The notes under the pieces were generated by a model, which saw only the letters and a list, made by a program, of their open reading frames with translations, was not told the DNA's origin and made no database searches. From assembly GCA_014654705.1 (NCBI GenBank), contig JACVZY010000104.1, positions 16,863 through 80,862 of the forward strand: a stretch of 64,000 bases of DNA, in the 5' to 3' direction. Both the position numbers and the translations under genes were made by a program. This document shows positions 60,501 through 64,000 of the stretch, one piece after another; position 1 is the stretch's first letter, and each line of letters starts with the position of its first letter. This DNA is from Ignavibacteria bacterium (lineage in GTDB: Bacteria; Bacteroidota; Ignavibacteria; Kapaibacteriales; UBA4661).

Positions 60501-60864
60501 TTGGTTGCGGAAGAGCCTGACCGCTTAATCGCGCACGGACGGGAGCAAGCGTGTCTGCGCCGTCATACACCGTCAGCACGTCGGCATTGATTTCGGTGGA
60601 GAATTGGGTGAACGTCAGCCGGAGTATTTGTCCGTTGGTGGGCTGAATAAGCCAGTAACAATCAAGACTTGGTTCGTAGAATCCTTGTCGGCTAACGCGG
60701 TCGGAAAAGGTCGCAGACGCGGCAGTAAAGCGCTGCAGGTCGCATGAAGTCTGCGATTGCACTGGTCCCGACACCGTGCACACTGCTGCAAAAACACAGA
60801 TACAAATAATTGCAGACTGCATAATGACACGACATTTTCTCAATACGAATATTGCAGTGAACAT
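57529..60864 (-). CDS. T9SS-secreted CUB + Ig-like + BNR/YCF48-like beta-propeller + cohesin-like protein with type-A CTD
   Basis: CUB (CYWLI...FSTE..D.L.VYDG...F.TN..V..RGW.A.Y); many S.D.G.TW Asp-boxes; TPNPA...GTYFLVL CTD. Confidence 0.85.
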   Translation of the reverse strand: MFTAIFVLRKCRVIMQSAIICICVFAAVCTVSGPVQSQTSCDLQRFTAASATFSDRVSRQGFYEPSLDCYWLIQPTNGQILRLTFTQFSTEINADVLTVYDGADTLAPVRARLSGQALPQPITSSGGSLLLRFRTNSNVQERGWTASYTSSTSGQTIAASPSMLTFPPVLFGESTVATCVFTVSETSTPLVLSASGGFQCALAQVSLPSFSDNLIISPTQLQASSGRISVLVRCIPTGTGKLSGTLTALSGAREVILPLSATALPAIFWKPASGPFSASVQSLAIAPNQTIFAGTLTGVYRSSAAGAAWLQASSGLDANSSLVIRALTATENAAFAGTDEGLFRTQDNGRTWRKNAAQLANANISGLSSTRNTIYACANGELWLSRSSGDTWERLTSPAFAGLKLNIVFAEPTPQSIAIPLLLLSATDTTSQASVIITSQDNGQTWLREQNFSVGSSPILGFAVLRDRNQGATIFAATAGRGIFLKRPPQIAWEQVQKSQSTNELIRDTVSQIVVSRTSVFASTFDGVYRSDDAGQTWRRLIRGLTEQTVQTLAASEAELYAGTTAGIFRSTNGGEAWQPVSTGLTGAVVTAIKEIRGFLLAGTLGSGVYRSVDNGVTWQLANSGLSARSLFNLVSRAGIVYATSFDSYNPGNGITPGVYRSADNGLTWSKVLEDSVGLDNDRNPFFGLISTERALYAGADSGHIWQSQNGFAWRLLRIAGASKPVAAITEGLGTSIFAATRGSGTFRSDDDGRTWTLMNLPTSNAASQDAYSIFTNNNAIFVGTFAGLFRSRNNGSSWELLAFPALSEKPTSMQSIDGVLYVATDGNGVWRTADNGDTWQAVNDGIVGEEAQVYSLFSANGTDLYAGLRGGAVISTSLQLPSDAPRAILSIPDTLKARIGDTVEVPIILRSLAGNLRERKSVSGFLRFNASMLMPLTEQERQISSVSNGERQLPIRFSLTNSPGQALATARFRVVLGNNAATPLMLTNIQSTPSDAIVVMPESGVFTAQGLFTGNGTRLYRSQGAPTILTLTPNPAPQEAFIEYELAEQAEITLSLTNIFGQTVKEIFTEAQAKGRYQTNFSLSGVPTGTYFLVLATSQSRTIRTISVIR

Positions 60865-60976
60865 AAACAAAGCACAGAAAATTGGTTAGCAGTGGTGATT
60901 TAGACAGCGTTCTATCGGTGGGGACGAAATGCGTGAGGAATTATTGAACTAAGCACCTGGAGAATGATTCTTGGAA

Positions 60977-61070
60977 CACAGACAAGTGAGCGTGGCGCTC
61001 AGTTTGTGCCACTGAAACCAGTTCTCATGCCGTAGCACAGATGCCGTAGCATAGACACTCTTGATCTGTA
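60977..61070. repeat. Second, degenerate copy of the GTAG REP-like doublet
   Basis: cacagacaag-tgagcgtggcgctca-gtttgtgccac then gtagcacag / gtagcatagacactcttgatctgt. Confidence 0.65.
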
Positions 61071-61258
61071 CAGATATCTGTGCAAATAGTTCACGATGAT
61101 TTCGTTCAACACCTTGATTTATGCCATGTATATTTTTCATGTGAAAGCCCTGTACGGTGTGTGCCAAATCTTGTTTTTCATGCCGAATGTGTTGTATATT
61201 GCCGCTTCGCTTCGGTTTATACCGTAATCTTTTTTTTCTTCTTTTGCCGAGAAACCAG

Positions 61259-63400
61259 ATGAAACGTTTCGCTCAATGGATACTTCTTCTCGCGCTTTGC
61301 TGTGCAGAATATATAGTTGCTACGCCAGTGCCACTGTTTTCGCAATCGCTTGTGCAGCCTTCGGATAAGACTACGCCTACCTTTACAGTACAAATGCTAT
61401 CGTCCTCCACAGTGACACTCAGCGAATTACAATGGTGTTATCATGCCGGAGATGACGCAAATCAACGCTCCGCATGGGTCAGCCGCGAGTTTGCCGATAG
61501 TGCATGGAAATGTGTGAAGGGTACAGCGTGGAATTTGAAGGAACTGACAGAGCAGGACTGGAACGGTATCGGTTGGTATCGCTTCCATTTTCGGGTAGAT
61601 TCTGCGGCGTATTTGGAGGAATTGTGCTTGGATATTGGTCACCGAGGCGCATCAGAAGTCTATTTGGACGGTAAGCGTATAGGAGTGTTCGGCACACCTG
61701 CTGCCACTCGCGCCGGAGAGCAAACAATGCGCCCTTACGGTGAGCGCTCGGTGATGCGCTTTCATCTCGCCAAAACTGCCAATGGTGAACACGTTATTGC
61801 CGTGCGCTATTCCGATTCGTGGGCGTGGGAGCGGTTCCGGAGATTCTTTGCCAGCCGCAGCGTCGTCGGGTTTGACCTTAGTTTGGCGACCACTAATAAC
61901 CTCAACAAAAGTCTTCGCGGTGAGGAAATGTGGGCGACGTTGATGATGCTGATTGTCGGCGGTATGGCGATATTATGTCTCTTGCACGTCAATTTGCTTA
62001 TCTTTACCGGTGGGCGTGAACACTTGTTGTACAGCTTGTTTACGGGCGGGATTGCGTGGCATTTCGCAACGCGAGTGCTGGAAAAATGGTTGGAGTACCA
62101 TGTCGAATTGCTGACGTGGATGCTGGCGTTTAATCAGTATGTGCTCGTGATGGCATTTATCTCGTGTGTGGGCTTTTTTTACGCGACGTTTTATACCAAA
62201 CGTCCTATTGGTATTTTTATCGTGAGCTTTTCGCCTATTGTGGTCTTTTGGGGTGGAAGTCTTATTCCGTTTTTGCGGGAAAGTAATCGGTCGTTTCTGC
62301 TGTTCATGGGCATCATCTTTTTTGACATCATGCGGATTGTCATTCTTAGCATTATACGCAAGCGGAAAGGTGCATGGTTGTTGGGTGCGGGCGGACTTTC
62401 TTTTGCTCTGCTTCTGGGAGCACAAATATTGGCAGAGAATAATATCATTGCGCTTCCCTTAAATCAGATGGGCGGCGTACTGGTGGTGGGGAGCTTCTTT
62501 AGTATTCCACTAGCCATGTCGGTTTTTCTTTCGCAAAAAATTGCTTCTACGAATAAAGAACTGGCGCAAAAACTCGTTGAAGTGCAAGAGCTTACCGATA
62601 AAGCAATCACGCGAGAAGTTGAACGAAAGGTGCTTCAAGCAGACAATGAGCGGAAAACCGCCGAACTGGAAGACGCACGAAAACTCCAGCTTTCAATGCT
62701 ACCTCAGACCATGCCGCAAGTGCAGGGCTTGGATATTGCAATGTTTATGCAGACCGCAAGCGAGGTAGGTGGCGATTATTACGATTATTTCACCGGTTCG
62801 GACGGAACGCTCACCATTGCTATCGGCGACGCAACTGGGCATGGCGTGAAAGCCGGAACAATGGTCGCTGCCACGAAAAGCCTCTTGGCAGCAATGGTGC
62901 AAGTACAGGACGATAAAACAATCGGCTCTGCATCTGATGTTCTGAAGCCCACCTCGCCAATTCTGAAACGAATGAATCTGCGCTCAATGTTCATGGCGCT
63001 CATGGTCGCTCGCATCAAAACGGATGCTGAAGGTGTGAAGGTATTGATTGCAAATGCAGGAATGCCTTCGGCACTGGTGTATCGGGCGGAGCATGGATTG
63101 GTGGAAGAAATTCTGATGAAATCTATGCCGCTCGGCACAATGGCAAATTTTCCCTACGAGGAGCGCCATATCACGCTTTCGCGGGGTGATGCGCTGATAC
63201 TGATGAGTGATGGCTTCCCGGAACGCTTTAATCACAATGACGACATCTTGGGTTATGACGTCGCGCAGGCTGCTTGCGCAAGTGTTGGCGGCATGACGGC
63301 ACACGAAATCATCCGTCATTGTGTGCGCAAGGCGGAAGAGTGGGCTGAGGGCGCACTTTTGAACGACGATATGACGTTTGTGGTGGTGCGCGTGGTGTGA
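61259..63400 (+). CDS. 7TM-DISM-type sensor with SpoIIE/PP2C phosphatase output
   Basis: Carbohydrate-binding-like ectodomain (GIGWYR), 7 TM segments, ARKLQLSMLP, VGGDYYD, GDATGHG, SDG, DDMT. Confidence 0.9.
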   Translation: MKRFAQWILLLALCCAEYIVATPVPLFSQSLVQPSDKTTPTFTVQMLSSSTVTLSELQWCYHAGDDANQRSAWVSREFADSAWKCVKGTAWNLKELTEQDWNGIGWYRFHFRVDSAAYLEELCLDIGHRGASEVYLDGKRIGVFGTPAATRAGEQTMRPYGERSVMRFHLAKTANGEHVIAVRYSDSWAWERFRRFFASRSVVGFDLSLATTNNLNKSLRGEEMWATLMMLIVGGMAILCLLHVNLLIFTGGREHLLYSLFTGGIAWHFATRVLEKWLEYHVELLTWMLAFNQYVLVMAFISCVGFFYATFYTKRPIGIFIVSFSPIVVFWGGSLIPFLRESNRSFLLFMGIIFFDIMRIVILSIIRKRKGAWLLGAGGLSFALLLGAQILAENNIIALPLNQMGGVLVVGSFFSIPLAMSVFLSQKIASTNKELAQKLVEVQELTDKAITREVERKVLQADNERKTAELEDARKLQLSMLPQTMPQVQGLDIAMFMQTASEVGGDYYDYFTGSDGTLTIAIGDATGHGVKAGTMVAATKSLLAAMVQVQDDKTIGSASDVLKPTSPILKRMNLRSMFMALMVARIKTDAEGVKVLIANAGMPSALVYRAEHGLVEEILMKSMPLGTMANFPYEERHITLSRGDALILMSDGFPERFNHNDDILGYDVAQAACASVGGMTAHEIIRHCVRKAEEWAEGALLNDDMTFVVVRVV

Positions 63401-63471
63401 AACTTCTTTTCCTCTTTGTAGATACCGTCTGAACAAATAATTCGTTTCCATTTCATTCAATACTTGCCGTT

Positions 63472-64000
63472 ATGAATTTCGTACGTGGTCTTTTGGGGGC
63501 AGCATTTATACTGGTTTGCATAGTTTTTCTGTACGCTAATGCCACAGCGCAGACAAAGCCATCACTCGCCGAAGCAAAGGTTCTTTTTGCCGATGGGCGC
63601 TATGGCGAAGCCAATGAGATAGTGCGGAAATACTTAGAACGCGATTCTTCTTCCGCCGAGGCGTGGCGCTTGCTGGGGCTTTCGCTTTTTGCCAGTGCGG
63701 ATTATGCGCAATCTGCTGCCGCATTGGAAGCATCGCTCAAGCGCGATTCCGCCTCCGCGTCTGCGTGGCGCTCTTTGGGGCAATGCTATCGTTTCTTGGG
63801 TAATGTCGAACCCGCACGAACGGCTTTTGAAGCAGCACTGGCGCGGGATTCCTCCAATACTGCCACTCTTTCCACATACGCCGCATTTTGCGATGAAAAC
63901 CGTTTGTTTCCCGTTTCCATTCGATTGTATAACCGTTTGTGTGCGCAGGAGCCAAAAAATCCTTTGTGGTATGTTCGGACTGCGCGGGCGTATGCCGAAT
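63472..64000 (+). CDS. Secreted TPR protein, 3'-truncated by the window edge
   Basis: Own translation: MNFVRGLLGAAF...ATA|Q...AEAWRLLG...ASAWRSLGQCY TPR motifs; no stop before the window end. Confidence 0.85.
   Translation, partial: MNFVRGLLGAAFILVCIVFLYANATAQTKPSLAEAKVLFADGRYGEANEIVRKYLERDSSSAEAWRLLGLSLFASADYAQSAAALEASLKRDSASASAWRSLGQCYRFLGNVEPARTAFEAALARDSSNTATLSTYAAFCDENRLFPVSIRLYNRLCAQEPKNPLWYVRTARAYAE

Noticed and set aside
61151-61166. Fourth sigma54 site (minus strand TGGCACACACCGTACA)
   Set aside because: The -24 box is present but the -12 box (GTAC) does not match

Overview
A gene-dense chromosomal window from an FCB-group bacterium. Several T9SS type-A C-terminal domains, signal peptides cleaving before Gln and TAnnTTTG-like promoters point to a Bacteroidota/Kapabacteria-like organism; this is inference, not a database assignment. 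Housekeeping genes include an RluA-family synthase, trmB, amtB, adk, dnaE, rarA, purU and a tricorn protease, alongside many envelope and signalling genes. I saw no rRNA, tRNA, CRISPR array, prophage or intact IS. Most notable: (1) three intergenic, correctly oriented sigma54-type promoters sharing a non-canonical TGGCAC-N5-TTGAA motif; (2) one of them precedes a ~320-nt structured leader and a cluster of a secreted TPR-coiled-coil-LRR protein, a FadL/PorV-like barrel and a large T9SS Ig-repeat protein; (3) an Sm/Hfq-like fold fused to an acidic domain; (4) a stand-alone, signal-peptide-bearing peptidase S74-like chaperone fragment behind a two-component system; (5) a CHASE2 receptor with no output domain paired with a FecR/DUF928-like protein; (6) GTAG-type REP-like elements with a nested hairpin. 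All domain calls come from reading motifs by eye; no searches were run.
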